The notes under the pieces were generated by a model. That model was not told where the DNA came from and did not search any database. It saw only the letters and a program-made list of their open reading frames with translations. DNA of 50,353 nt from Dehalococcoidia bacterium (GTDB lineage Bacteria; Chloroflexota; Dehalococcoidia; DSTF01; RBG-16-68-14). The position numbers and the translations under genes are program-made. The stretch lies in assembly GCA_040882355.1 (NCBI GenBank), contig JBBEBM010000082.1, forward strand, positions 1 to 50,353, given 5' to 3'. This document shows, one piece after another, positions 18,234 to 27,753 of this stretch; positions within the stretch are counted from its first letter, which is position 1, and the number at the start of each line of letters is the position of its first letter.

Positions 18234-19334
18234 TCACTCGACGAGGCGAATGAAGCTGTTGGCTGAGTCCGGATCGAACGTGCCGGCCAGCAACCCGATG
18301 TTCTGGTTCACGCGCACGAACCGCCCGATGATCTCGCAGTCGTTGCCTGTGCAGTTGTTGCCGTTGGCAAAGCCCTCCAGGAAGAAGAGCGCGAAGTCCT
18401 GGATAGTGACCGAGCAGGAGCCGTTGCATGGCCCATCGATCACCGGCACGATGAGGACGCGCAGGCTCTCGTAGCCGCCCTCCGTGAATGGGTTGCATTC
18501 GTTAGTCAGACGATAGATGCCGTCGCCGTCCTGGTCAGGAGTGCCTGTGCCATCCTCGTCGGTGAAGACTTCATCGAACTCGTTGCAGCGAGAGTCGGTG
18601 TTATCGAGTCGGTACTCGATCGCTCGCTTCGTGCCGCCGATGAGGTTGCCTGTCTGCGTATCGACCACCGATGGCCCATCGCAGTAAGTCGGGTCCGCTC
18701 CCAGGGCGCATACGGCGTTCTCCGAGCCGAACTTGACCCCGTCGCAGTACGAGTCGCTTGAGGTGCAGTTGCCGTTGCCGTTACCGTCGATGCGGATGGG
18801 GCTGGTGTTGCCGTTCTGGATGTTGCGGGCGTCGTACTTGAGGACGACTTCGCCGCCCAAGCTGACGCCGTTCATGGCAGCAGCAGTTACGGAGAGTGGG
18901 ACCACGCCGTCGCCGCCGGCTGCCGAGGTCTTGATCGCCGTGGCGGCCGTAATCACATCGGCAGAGCTGATCCCGATCAGGCGGGCGAAGGTGAAGTTGT
19001 GCTCCCGCTTGAGGGTGACGCGCACCTTCGGGTTCGGTTCGCTCCCGCTCTGAGGGATGATCTCGACGCTCTCGATCTCGGCCGCCTCAATGTTGTTCTT
19101 CGTCGCCCAGCTCTCGGCTGCGGCCGTGGCCGCGGAGCCGTCCGGCAGGTCGAACGACGCGGCGAGGGCTACGGCATCGGCGTCGTTTTGCAGGTCGCGG
19201 TGGTCAGCGGCGTAGCTGCTGAAATCGATCGCAAGCGCCGCCATGCCCCCGATGACGGCGAGCATGACAGCGATGAGGACGACCGCCTGGCCGTGTTGAT
19301 CGCGCTGGTCGCGCCGATTTTTAGTGAAGAGCAT
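18234..19334 (-). CDS. tadG: TadG-related pilus assembly protein
   Basis: G|QAVVL pilin-like cleavage site, ALAIDF..LQNDADAVALA. Confidence 0.85.
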   Translation of the reverse strand: MLFTKNRRDQRDQHGQAVVLIAVMLAVIGGMAALAIDFSSYAADHRDLQNDADAVALAASFDLPDGSAATAAAESWATKNNIEAAEIESVEIIPQSGSEPNPKVRVTLKREHNFTFARLIGISSADVITAATAIKTSAAGGDGVVPLSVTAAAMNGVSLGGEVVLKYDARNIQNGNTSPIRIDGNGNGNCTSSDSYCDGVKFGSENAVCALGADPTYCDGPSVVDTQTGNLIGGTKRAIEYRLDNTDSRCNEFDEVFTDEDGTGTPDQDGDGIYRLTNECNPFTEGGYESLRVLIVPVIDGPCNGSCSVTIQDFALFFLEGFANGNNCTGNDCEIIGRFVRVNQNIGLLAGTFDPDSANSFIRLVE

Positions 19335-19340
19335 AGCGGG

Positions 19341-19802
19341 CTACTCCAATCGCATGTCGGCCGACGTCTTCAGGTCGAGCGACTCAGGGAAAGAGCCTCC
19401 ACTGAAGAAGTCGATCATGTCGCCCAGTGGCGTGAAGAAGTCGTACTGATACGTGGCTTCGACGTGGAGCGAGCTGCCTGGATCGCAGCCGGCGTCGCAG
19501 CTCGGCGAGACCGTCATCTGCGCCTTGTCCAGCCCTTCGGCGACCGAGCAGACCCGGCCTACCACGCTGCTGTTGCCTTGTCCTTCGCATGTTGTCGCGG
19601 CGTCTCCGAGCTCGTTCCCGACGGCGCCGTAGCGCGCGCCCTCCCGCGTCGCGTTGGTGAGACTGACGTAGGAGCGAGCGCCCATCGCGAAGTCGATGAT
19701 GCCAAAGACGAGGATGATCAGGATCGGGAATACCAGGACGAACTCGACGAGACTCTGACCTCGATCTCCCTGCTTGTGTGCTTGCTTGTGAATCTGGAGC
19801 AT
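19341..19802 (-). CDS. tadE: TadE family pseudopilin
   Basis: RG|QSLVEFVLVFPILIILVFGIIDF..LTNATREGAR; start taken at MLQIHK. Confidence 0.9.
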   Translation of the reverse strand: MLQIHKQAHKQGDRGQSLVEFVLVFPILIILVFGIIDFAMGARSYVSLTNATREGARYGAVGNELGDAATTCEGQGNSSVVGRVCSVAEGLDKAQMTVSPSCDAGCDPGSSLHVEATYQYDFFTPLGDMIDFFSGGSFPESLDLKTSADMRLE

Positions 19803-19824
19803 GTGAGTACCTCTGTGTTTGCGC

Positions 19825-20055
19825 TCATCGACTGTCAGACGCAGTTGCTGCCTGTTCAGTGCTGGATGGCGCATCCGAGCGTGGGAACGTCCGCCATGCT
19901 GGACTGAATTCACTGTCCGCTTCTTGCGGTTGAATCCGTTCCATAATGGCGTCTCGCGAGTCCAGCGCCTCGCGCCAGCGCGCGCGCCTGGCCCGAAGCT
20001 CAGCCTCGAGCCGTGCGACCAGGCTTGGCGTTTTCTGCTTCCTTCTAGTGAGCAT
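19825..20055 (-). CDS. Small hypothetical protein
   Basis: 76 aa upstream of tadE with a G-rich RBS-like sequence; no motif recognised. Confidence 0.4.
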   Translation of the reverse strand: MLTRRKQKTPSLVARLEAELRARRARWREALDSRDAIMERIQPQEADSEFSPAWRTFPRSDAPSSTEQAATASDSR

Positions 20056-20225
20056 TGGGTCCCCCCTGGGAGGATGATGGAGTACTAGTCTGTATCCGAA
20101 CGCCGCGAGACAGCAGACGTTACGGATACGGGCAGGGACGTGGATGGGGAGTGAGATGGAGATGTGAGGAGTGCGCTATCGCCAGGGCGCACGGGAATCG
20201 ACCGCCGCCGTTTCGCGTCCGTTGA

Positions 20226-20756
20226 CTAGATCAGGCTGCTCTTTAGGCCCTGGAGCACGCGCAGCACACACATCTCGCCCATGTGGGCGTGCCCGTGCGT
20301 CAGCACGATGTTGTTCAGCGCCTGGCGCGCCTTCATCTCCGGCAGCGGCTTCACGACGACCGCGCGCTCGAGCGAGTCATCTTCGGCCGACGAAAGGAAG
20401 GCGTCCGTCGCTTGCCAGACGGCGTTCTGGTACTCCAGCCACTGATCGATGGCCGGCAGGCGCAGCGCCTGCGCGTCGGCGGTGGTCACGCCCGTACCCT
20501 GCGAGATGCGGTCGAGGGCGAAGCGCTCGAAGTAGCCGCCGTCGATCCAGATCGTCGGCTTGCGGTCCTGCAGGATGAACTGCACCACGTTGTCCTCGGT
20601 ACGCACGTAGTGCCAGAGCGTAAAGCCGATGGTGTTCGCGGTCGAGCCCGGCGGCGCCCAGTGGAGCTGCTCCGGCGTGAGGTCGCGCACCGCCTGGTCG
20701 ATCATGTTGTGCTGGTTGCGCATCGATTCGCGCAATACCTGGGCAACGGTGGTCAT
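20226..20756 (-). CDS. DinB family protein
   Basis: LTPEQLHW..NTIGFTLWH..ED..W; HGHAHMGE. Confidence 0.9.
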   Translation of the reverse strand: MTTVAQVLRESMRNQHNMIDQAVRDLTPEQLHWAPPGSTANTIGFTLWHYVRTEDNVVQFILQDRKPTIWIDGGYFERFALDRISQGTGVTTADAQALRLPAIDQWLEYQNAVWQATDAFLSSAEDDSLERAVVVKPLPEMKARQALNNIVLTHGHAHMGEMCVLRVLQGLKSSLI

Positions 20757-20782
20757 GCTGTCGTTTCCTTTCCCGCAGGCCC

Positions 20783-20895
20783 GTCATACTCGGGCCACAC
20801 TTCGTTTGTGGCCTCAAGGGCCTCTTCCGCCAGCTCTCGATCTAGGTCCGCATAGTATCGATATCCGGCTCGTAGCAAGCGTGTCTGCCTGACCG
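20783..20895 (-). pseudogene. Possible antitoxin C-terminal remnant
   Basis: LLRAGYRYYADLDRELAEEALEATNEVWPEY resembles C-termini of CopG/MazE-type antitoxins; no start codon or N-terminal domain. Confidence 0.4.
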
Positions 20896-20937
20896 TCCGA
20901 TCCCACTCATTTTGTTGGGCAGCGCTTCGTTGTGGTC

Positions 20938-22803
20938 TCAACTCAGCACCACACCGCGGAGCTCCTCCACCAGCTCTGCCACCATGTCGTAGCGGCCGAA
21001 CGAGGGGATGAAGTAGATGCCCTGCACGCCGCCTCTCGCCGCCGCGATGATCTCGCGGGCAATGGCGGCCCCTTCCGCCGCGCCGTTCTCGCCGGCGTCG
21101 CGCATGCGCTGACGCAGCGGCTCCGGGATCGTGACGCCGGCGAGCTCGTTGTGAATGAACTCTGCGTGGCGCTCGCTGTGGAGCGGCATCAGGCCCATGA
21201 TGATCGGCACCTTGAACCGCGACGCCTTCTCGAGGAAGCGCTCGAGCGCCTCGATGTCGTAGATCGCCTGCGTCATCACGAAATCGGCGCCCGCCTCCAC
21301 CTTGCGCTTCAGCAGCTTGATCTCCGCTTCCAGCGACGGCGCCGTCGGGTTCGCCGCCGCGCCGACGAAGAACGAGGTGGGTTGCGCCATCGCGTTGCCC
21401 GCGAAGTCGACGCCCTCGTTCAGCCCCTTGAGCACCCGCAGCAGGCCGACCGGCGTCACGTCCCAGACGCCGACCGCGCGGGCGTAGCCCGACGCGCTCG
21501 GCGCGTCGCCTTTGAGGCAGAGCACGTTGCGCAGCCCCAGGACGTGGAGGCCCAGCAGGTCCGACTGGATCGCGAGCAGGTTGCGGTCGCGCGTCGTCAC
21601 GTGGACGATCGTCTCCAGGCCGAGCTGCTGGCGGAAGAGCAGCGCCATCGCGAACGGGCTCATGCGCACGCGCGCCATCGGGCTGTCCCCGACGTTCACG
21701 CAGTCGAGGCCGGCCAGCTTCAGCCGGGCGGCGCCCTTGAGGGCGGAGCGTGGGTTCAGGCCGCGCGGCGGGTCGATCTCCGCGCTGATGATGAAGCGTC
21801 CGGCGGCGAGCTTCTCGCGCAGCGTCGCCTCCTCCGGCTCGATTTCGTCGCTCGGCAGCCAGATCGCTCGCTCGTCGATGCCGCTCGTGGCGGCGGCTTC
21901 GCTCGCGCCGTCCGCGCGCGGCGACGCGTCGAGCGCGCTGCGCATCGCTGCGATGTGCTCCGGCGTGCTCCCGCAGCATCCCCCGACGATCGCGCAGCCC
22001 GCCGCGACGAGGCGCGGCACCGACTCGGCGAAGGCAGGCGGCGGCACCGGGTAGACGACCTCGCGCTCCGCGACGCGGGGATGCCCCGCGTTCGGCTGAG
22101 CGATCAGCTTCACCTTTGTCGCCTTCGCCATCTCTTCCACGATCTCGAGCGCCGCTTGCGGGCCGGGCACGCAGTTCACGCCGACGACGTCCGCGCCGGC
22201 GTTGTGCAGGTCGCGCGCGACATCCGCCGGCTCCTCGCCGGTCCACGTCCGCCCGTCGCGCTGGAACGTCACCTGCGCGACGAGCGGGAGGTCTGGCGTG
22301 GCCTCTCGCACGGCGAGGACCGCTTCGCGCGCCTCGGCCAGCGACGGGAACGTCTCCAGCATGATCAGGTCGACGCCCGCTTCCAGGAGCGCCTTCGCCT
22401 GTTCGGCGAAGGCGCGGTGCGCCTGCTTCAGCGTCACCTCGCCGCCGGAAGCCAGGCCGACGCCGACCGGCCCCATGGCTCCGGCGACGAACGCCTGCCG
22501 GCCGCAGTCGCGCGTCGCCTCGCGCGCCAGCTCGACGCCGCGGGCGTTGATCTCCGCAGCCTGCTCGGCCAGACCGAACGAGCGTAGCCGGAGCCTGTTC
22601 GCGCCGAAGGTGTTCGTCTCGACGATCTCCGCGCCCACGGTCAGGTAGTCCCGGTGGATGCCGAGCACCAGCTCCGGGTTCGAGAGGTTCTGCTCGTCCA
22701 GGCACGCCGAGCCGGGCACGCCCCGGTCGTGCAGCAGCGTGCCGATGGCGCCGTCGGCGAGCAGCGCCCTACGTTCTAGGGCAGCGAGGAACGGATGAGC
22801 CAT
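20938..22803 (-). CDS. yitJ: Bifunctional homocysteine S-methyltransferase / methylenetetrahydrofolate reductase
   Basis: DGAIGT, ETNTFGAN, GVNC, PNAG, GGCCGSTPEHI; EIDPP, RDRN, GADFVMTQ. Confidence 0.93.
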   Translation of the reverse strand: MAHPFLAALERRALLADGAIGTLLHDRGVPGSACLDEQNLSNPELVLGIHRDYLTVGAEIVETNTFGANRLRLRSFGLAEQAAEINARGVELAREATRDCGRQAFVAGAMGPVGVGLASGGEVTLKQAHRAFAEQAKALLEAGVDLIMLETFPSLAEAREAVLAVREATPDLPLVAQVTFQRDGRTWTGEEPADVARDLHNAGADVVGVNCVPGPQAALEIVEEMAKATKVKLIAQPNAGHPRVAEREVVYPVPPPAFAESVPRLVAAGCAIVGGCCGSTPEHIAAMRSALDASPRADGASEAAATSGIDERAIWLPSDEIEPEEATLREKLAAGRFIISAEIDPPRGLNPRSALKGAARLKLAGLDCVNVGDSPMARVRMSPFAMALLFRQQLGLETIVHVTTRDRNLLAIQSDLLGLHVLGLRNVLCLKGDAPSASGYARAVGVWDVTPVGLLRVLKGLNEGVDFAGNAMAQPTSFFVGAAANPTAPSLEAEIKLLKRKVEAGADFVMTQAIYDIEALERFLEKASRFKVPIIMGLMPLHSERHAEFIHNELAGVTIPEPLRQRMRDAGENGAAEGAAIAREIIAAARGGVQGIYFIPSFGRYDMVAELVEELRGVVLS

Positions 22804-22917
22804 GGGTTCGCTCCTTGACGGGCATTATACCAACCGGCCTGCTCCGGGCAGGGTCGTAAGTGTTATGGCATGTCCGGGGTTATACTTGGGGCTACCGCGG
22901 AGCGGTGGCCCAGCCAA

Positions 22918-25527
22918 ATGACATCCCAGGACTCACAGTCAGCTAACCCCGCCCAGCAGACGGCAGCGCCTGCCTGGGTGGGGCCCGTTAGTCGAGAGCG
23001 CCTCGTGGGTCTGGTCAGGGTGCTGTGGGTGCCCGTAACGCTGGGCCTCATCGTGGTGCTGGCGTCCGTGGTGCGGCTCTACAACCTGGTCGAGAACCCG
23101 CCGGGCTTCTTCGCCGACGAAGCGTCCTTCGGCTACAACGCGTACACCATCCTCCACTCCGCCAAGGACGAGTTCGGCTCGCGCCTCCCGCTCTTCTTCA
23201 AGGCCTTCGGCGAGTACAAGCTGCCCGTCTACATCTACTCGCAGGTGCCGTTCATCGCCGTCCTCGGCCTCAGCGAGCTGCCGGTGCGCCTGACGAGCGC
23301 TGTCTATGGCATCCTCACCGTGGCCGCCGTGTACTTCCTCATGCGCGTCTTCTTCCAGAGGGAAGGATTCGCGCTCGCGGCCGCTGCCACGCTCGCCGTT
23401 TCGCCGTGGCACATCTTCTACAGCCGCACCGGCCTCGGCGATATCCTGGTGCACGCCTTCTACCTCACGCTCGCGATCGGGCTGTTCGTGCTGGGCACAA
23501 GACGTCCCGCCTTCCTTGTCGCGTCGGCTATCGCGTTCGTCTTCGCGCTCTTCTCTTACCGAGCCGCGTGGGTGCTCACGCCTCCGATCCTTGCCGTGCT
23601 GATCGCCCTCTACCATCGAGAGCTCATCCGGCACTGGCGCTTCTCGATCGTCGCCGCGCTCATCCTGGCGGCCGTTGGGATCTTCATCCTGGTTCACGTC
23701 CGCTCGGTCGACACCGACCGCGCGCAGGAGCTCTCGATCACCAGCCTGGACCTGAGCTTGCCTGACACGATCAAGAAGGGCTTCGAGAACTACCGGACGC
23801 AGTTCACGGACGAGTTCCTGTTCGATGGCGCCGGCGAAGACCACATTAGGCACGTTGTGCCCGGCATCGGCTGGGTCTCCTGGTGGCAGGTGCCGTTCCT
23901 CGTCTTCGGCACGCTAGCGCTCCTCTGGAAACCGACGCGTCCCAAGCTGTTCTTGCTTGCGCTGCTCCTGATCTATCCGCTGCCGACGGCCACCGCGCGC
24001 GGCGGGCCGAGCAGCAGCCACACGTTCTTTGGTGTGATCCCGTTCACGCTCATCACGGGCTACGGCGTCTGGGCCGCCGTCGAGCTGCTCGCCACCCTGC
24101 GCTGGCGCGCACTGCGACCAGTCGGGGTCGCATTAGCGGGCGTGGTCCTCGCGGGAGCGACGGCCGGCGCCGGTGTCGCGCTCGCGTCGTTCCTCGATAC
24201 CTACCACGGCGAGTACCGCCAGCTCTCAGCGGATTACGGCGGCTGGCAGTGGGGGCCCAGGCAGATCGTCGAGCGCTTCGAGGCGCTCGAGGGCGACTAC
24301 GACGAGTTCTACCTCGAGCCCTCCTTCAACGAGCCCGGCTACTTCTTCACGTTTTACGCCCCGGACGGCTGCGCGAAATGTATCGTTGCCCACTGGGACC
24401 ACTGGGACCCGGCGAAACGCCAGCTCTTCGCGATGCGGCCCGAGACGCTCATGCCCGTCGACAACTTCGACGTGCACGAGGTCCTCTACTACCCGAACGG
24501 CAAGGTCGCCTGGGTGATCGGCGAGATCGAGGGCCGGGGCGACTACCTGCGCGGCGGTTCGCCGAACGACCCCGAGCTCGCTTCGGACGAGGCGGTGCGT
24601 AGGATCGCTGAGTTGACCCTAGCCATCCAGACCAACCCGAACGACATCGACGCCTACATGCTGCGCGGCAGCGCCTACTGGCAGGCGGGCAAGTTCTGGG
24701 AGTCGACAGGCGACTACGCGAAGGTGATCGAGCTCGATCCGGCCTCCGCGCAGGCCTACGTCAACCGGGCCAACGTTTATGCCGCCGCCGGCATCTTCGA
24801 TTGGGCGGCCGGCGACTACAACACGGCCGTGAGCATCGAGGCGAACCGTGCGCTCGCCTACAACAACGCCGGCGCCCTTTACAACCGCACGCTTCAGTAC
24901 GACGCAGCCATCGCTCAGCTCAACCAGGCGATCGTGCGCGCGCCGGACCTCGCGCTGCCCTGGGCGAACCGGGCGATCGCCTACCTGGGCCTCGGCAATA
25001 TGGAGCAGGCGCTCGCGGACCTCGACCGGGCGCTGGCCCTCGATCCGGGCCTGGCTCTCGCGCACGAGACGCTCGCCGAGGCGCATCGAAGCGAGGGCGA
25101 CCTCGACGAAGCGCTGGCCGACGTCGGCAGGGCGCTCGACCTCGATCCCTCGTCCGCCGAGGCCTACACGGAACGCGGCCGCATCGGCCTGCTCCTCGGC
25201 GAACACGACGAGGCCCTCGCGGACTTCGACGAAGCCGTCTCGCTCGACCTCGATTACGCGCTCGCCTATGTCGGGCGCGGCATCGCCCGCCTGCGCGCCG
25301 GCGACGCCGAGGCGGGCGTCGAAGACCTGGAGAAGGCGGTCCTGCTCGATCGCGCTTACGTCGCCAGCCCCAACGAGCGGAACCCACAGACCCAGTGGAG
25401 CCTCCACGCCGTCGACGAGCCGCTCATCGCAGAGCTACGGGATGCGGCGTCAGCGGTCGATGACCAGGCGCTCGCCGCGCGTCTGCAGGCCGTCGTTGCG
25501 TACCTGCGCAGCGAGCCGCCGCCCTAG
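22918..25527 (+). CDS. GT-C (PMT/ArnT-like) membrane glycosyltransferase with C-terminal TPR repeats
   Basis: PPGFFADEASFGYNAY..DEFG, SPWHIFYSR; multi-TM; TPRs; TATACT at 22881 favours start 22918 over 22870. Confidence 0.88.
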   Translation: MTSQDSQSANPAQQTAAPAWVGPVSRERLVGLVRVLWVPVTLGLIVVLASVVRLYNLVENPPGFFADEASFGYNAYTILHSAKDEFGSRLPLFFKAFGEYKLPVYIYSQVPFIAVLGLSELPVRLTSAVYGILTVAAVYFLMRVFFQREGFALAAAATLAVSPWHIFYSRTGLGDILVHAFYLTLAIGLFVLGTRRPAFLVASAIAFVFALFSYRAAWVLTPPILAVLIALYHRELIRHWRFSIVAALILAAVGIFILVHVRSVDTDRAQELSITSLDLSLPDTIKKGFENYRTQFTDEFLFDGAGEDHIRHVVPGIGWVSWWQVPFLVFGTLALLWKPTRPKLFLLALLLIYPLPTATARGGPSSSHTFFGVIPFTLITGYGVWAAVELLATLRWRALRPVGVALAGVVLAGATAGAGVALASFLDTYHGEYRQLSADYGGWQWGPRQIVERFEALEGDYDEFYLEPSFNEPGYFFTFYAPDGCAKCIVAHWDHWDPAKRQLFAMRPETLMPVDNFDVHEVLYYPNGKVAWVIGEIEGRGDYLRGGSPNDPELASDEAVRRIAELTLAIQTNPNDIDAYMLRGSAYWQAGKFWESTGDYAKVIELDPASAQAYVNRANVYAAAGIFDWAAGDYNTAVSIEANRALAYNNAGALYNRTLQYDAAIAQLNQAIVRAPDLALPWANRAIAYLGLGNMEQALADLDRALALDPGLALAHETLAEAHRSEGDLDEALADVGRALDLDPSSAEAYTERGRIGLLLGEHDEALADFDEAVSLDLDYALAYVGRGIARLRAGDAEAGVEDLEKAVLLDRAYVASPNERNPQTQWSLHAVDEPLIAELRDAASAVDDQALAARLQAVVAYLRSEPPP

Positions 25528-25580
25528 GGGCAACCATCGGTTCGCCGCGGGCGATCGTGGGGGCGACCATCTGGTCGCCC
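25525..25580 (+). repeat. Two degenerate REP-like hairpins
   Basis: TAGGGGCAACCATCGGTTCGCC and GTGGGGGCGACCA-TC-TGGTCGCCC. Confidence 0.7.
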
Positions 25581-25587
25581 TGAGCGA

Positions 25588-25839
25588 CTAGGGCGTGGTC
25601 ACGGTACTAGCTTCGGCCTCATGCAGGTATTCCGGGCTGAGATCCGCTCCGTTTGGCCAGACGACGGTGCCCAGCACGGGATCGACGGAGGCCTGCGCGA
25701 AGAGGTCCGGGTCGCGCAGTGGCTCAAACACCTCGCCGAAGAGCAGTTGCTCGACATCCACGCTGCGCTGCGTTCCGTCTTCGAAGGTCACCTCAAGGAC
25801 GAATGGCTTGATGACCTCAACGCGTACGACGATATCCAA
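25588..25839 (-). CDS. DUF2442 antitoxin-like protein
   Basis: LEVTFEDG..GEVFEPLRD..F..GTVVWPNGADLSPE; TTG start after GAGGTG. Confidence 0.88.
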   Translation of the reverse strand: MDIVVRVEVIKPFVLEVTFEDGTQRSVDVEQLLFGEVFEPLRDPDLFAQASVDPVLGTVVWPNGADLSPEYLHEAEASTVTTP

Positions 25840-25856
25840 TCTCCTCACACCTCGTT

Positions 25857-26117
25857 TCAGTCGAGTGGAGCGATGCGTTGTAGAGGCGCATGCTCGCGCG
25901 CTCGTTGCCAGTTGTCGCTCAGTTCTCGTTCGTGCTGGGACGCCCATTCAGTTACGAGGCTCCATGCGCGCCGCGGCAGCCGTCCCTGAAGCACATCAGG
26001 CGGCTCAATCCTGATCAGTGCGCGGTGTTCTCCGTAGATCGCGTGGAAGTGCGGCGGGTCGTGATCGTTGTAGAACATCGCGATTACGATTCCGTAGAAT
26101 TCACAGATCCTCGGCAA
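25857..26117 (-). CDS. DUF4160 toxin-like protein
   Basis: MPRICEFYGIVIAMFYNDHDPPHFHA..EW..H..L..NW..IAPLD; TTG start. Confidence 0.9.
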   Translation of the reverse strand: MPRICEFYGIVIAMFYNDHDPPHFHAIYGEHRALIRIEPPDVLQGRLPRRAWSLVTEWASQHERELSDNWQRAREHAPLQRIAPLD

Positions 26118-26196
26118 GCAACCCTCGTCTCGATGTGTTTCGGCCACAGTATAGCGAACCCTGACGCCGAACTCGGCACCTGGGACCGGCACGCCG

Positions 26197-26226
26197 TTGA
26201 CGGCTCGCCCTCCTTGGCGCTATGCT
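26197..26226 (+). promoter_or_regulatory. Sigma70-like promoter
   Basis: TTGACG-N18-TATGCT upstream of ATG 26260. Confidence 0.6.
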
Positions 26227-26259
26227 TGCACACACTCGCTGCTTGGGGGCCGGGAGAAC

Positions 26260-27258
26260 ATGCCCGCGTTCATCGTCTTTACGAAGCTCACGCTCGACGG
26301 CGCGAAGGCGCTCAGCCAGGACCCGGATCGGCTCCTGGCTGTGAACGACCGCGTCGAAGAGCTTGGCGCGACGGTCACGAGTCAGTACGGCACGCTGGGC
26401 GAATACGACTTCGTCACGTTCGTCGAAGCGCCGGACAACGAGACGGTCAGCCAGATCGCAGCGGAGATCAGCAGCCTCGGCTCCGTGCGGCTGCACGTCT
26501 ACCCGGCCATCGGCTTCGAGCGCTTCGCCAAGCTCCTCACGCTCGAGTCCTACCGCAAGGAGCCGCACGCCTGGCAGACGCAGCTCTGGGCGCGCGCCGC
26601 CCGCCGCGTCGCCCGGCCCTGGGTGATGAGCCGCCATGTCAATCATCTCCTCCAGCCCTTCACCATCGAAGGCCTCGACAACCTGCGCGACGTGCGCGGC
26701 CCGGTGCTCTTCATCGCCAACCACACCTCGCACATCGATACCTTCGTGCTGTTGACGGCGCTGCCCGGTCGCCTCCGCGAGCGCACCGCCGTCGCCGCCG
26801 CCGCCGACCGCTTCTACCGCGCCTCGCAGCGGAGCTGGTGGTTCTCGCTGTTCTGGAATACCTACCCGATCGTGCGGGGCGGCGGGCTCGCCGCGCTCGA
26901 TTACTCGAAAGAGCTTCTCACTGGCGGCTGGTCGATCCTGATCTTTCCGGAAGGCGGGCGCTTCAAGGCCGGCGAGGTGCAGCGCTTCCACCACGGCCCC
27001 ACGATCCTGGCGATGCAGGCGAAGGCCTCGGTCGTTCCGGCCTACCTCGAAGGACTCGACAAGCTGATGCCCAAGGGCACGCGCATGGCGCAGCCGGGCC
27101 CCGCGCTCGTGCGCTTCGGCTCGCCGGTTTCGTTGGAGGACATCCAGGACGTCCCGGCCGGCACGGAGCGCCTGCGCCAGGCGGTGCTCGCCCTCGCGCG
27201 CCAGCCGGCGGCGGTGGGCGAGTTTCAGGCGCTGCCACAAGCCGCCGCCTCCAGTTGA
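26260..27258 (+). CDS. GYD-domain + lysophospholipid (PlsC-type) acyltransferase fusion
   Basis: TLGEYDFV..EAPD GYD motif; NHTSHID, FPEG. Confidence 0.85.
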   Translation: MPAFIVFTKLTLDGAKALSQDPDRLLAVNDRVEELGATVTSQYGTLGEYDFVTFVEAPDNETVSQIAAEISSLGSVRLHVYPAIGFERFAKLLTLESYRKEPHAWQTQLWARAARRVARPWVMSRHVNHLLQPFTIEGLDNLRDVRGPVLFIANHTSHIDTFVLLTALPGRLRERTAVAAAADRFYRASQRSWWFSLFWNTYPIVRGGGLAALDYSKELLTGGWSILIFPEGGRFKAGEVQRFHHGPTILAMQAKASVVPAYLEGLDKLMPKGTRMAQPGPALVRFGSPVSLEDIQDVPAGTERLRQAVLALARQPAAVGEFQALPQAAASS

Positions 27259-27321
27259 CCGACGCGCGCCGGCGTTCTAACGTGGCTGCTAGGACATACG
27301 ATCATCGACAAGGAGGTAGTG

Positions 27322-27678
27322 ATGGCAAGTGCGGAGCACAAGGGGTTTGGCTCTCCTGATGAAACGCGACCTTTCGAGAAGGGGAAAGCGGATCTGCTCA
27401 ACATGGGAGGTGGCGTCATCGGCAAGTTGACGCTGCAGCCCGGCTGGCGCTGGTCGGAGCATGTGAAGCCGATCGCGGGCACGGAGTGGTGCGAGGCGCC
27501 GCATTTTCAGTACCACGTCTCGGGCACGCTGCACGTTGTGATGGCGGACGGCACGGAGTTCGATGCAAAGGCCGGCGATGTAACGGCGCTGCCCTCCGGC
27601 CACGATGCCTGGGTCGTGGGCAACGAGCCGGTCGTCGTCGTCGACTGGTGGGGCGCCAGCAACTACGCGAAGTCATAG
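27322..27678 (+). CDS. Cupin domain protein
   Basis: PGWRWSEHVKP..C..PH..YHVSG..PSGHDAWVVG; AAGGAGG RBS. Confidence 0.9.
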   Translation: MASAEHKGFGSPDETRPFEKGKADLLNMGGGVIGKLTLQPGWRWSEHVKPIAGTEWCEAPHFQYHVSGTLHVVMADGTEFDAKAGDVTALPSGHDAWVVGNEPVVVVDWWGASNYAKS

Positions 27679-27702
27679 CCGGGGCGCTTCACAACAAAAG
27701 CG

Positions 27703-27729
27703 AAGCCCGAAGCGTTTCGCTTCGGGCTT
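27703..27729. terminator. Terminator hairpin between convergent genes
   Basis: aagcccgaagcg-ttt-cgcttcgggctt. Confidence 0.8.
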
Positions 27730-27753
27730 ACGTTTGGCTGTTAGTGACGGTTT

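Noticed and set aside
26155..26210. Possible orphan tail of the GT-TPR gene (NP..W..HAVD similarity to 25381-25420)
   Set aside because: Gapped, weak, not at the stop codon, and better explained by the TTGACG -35 box
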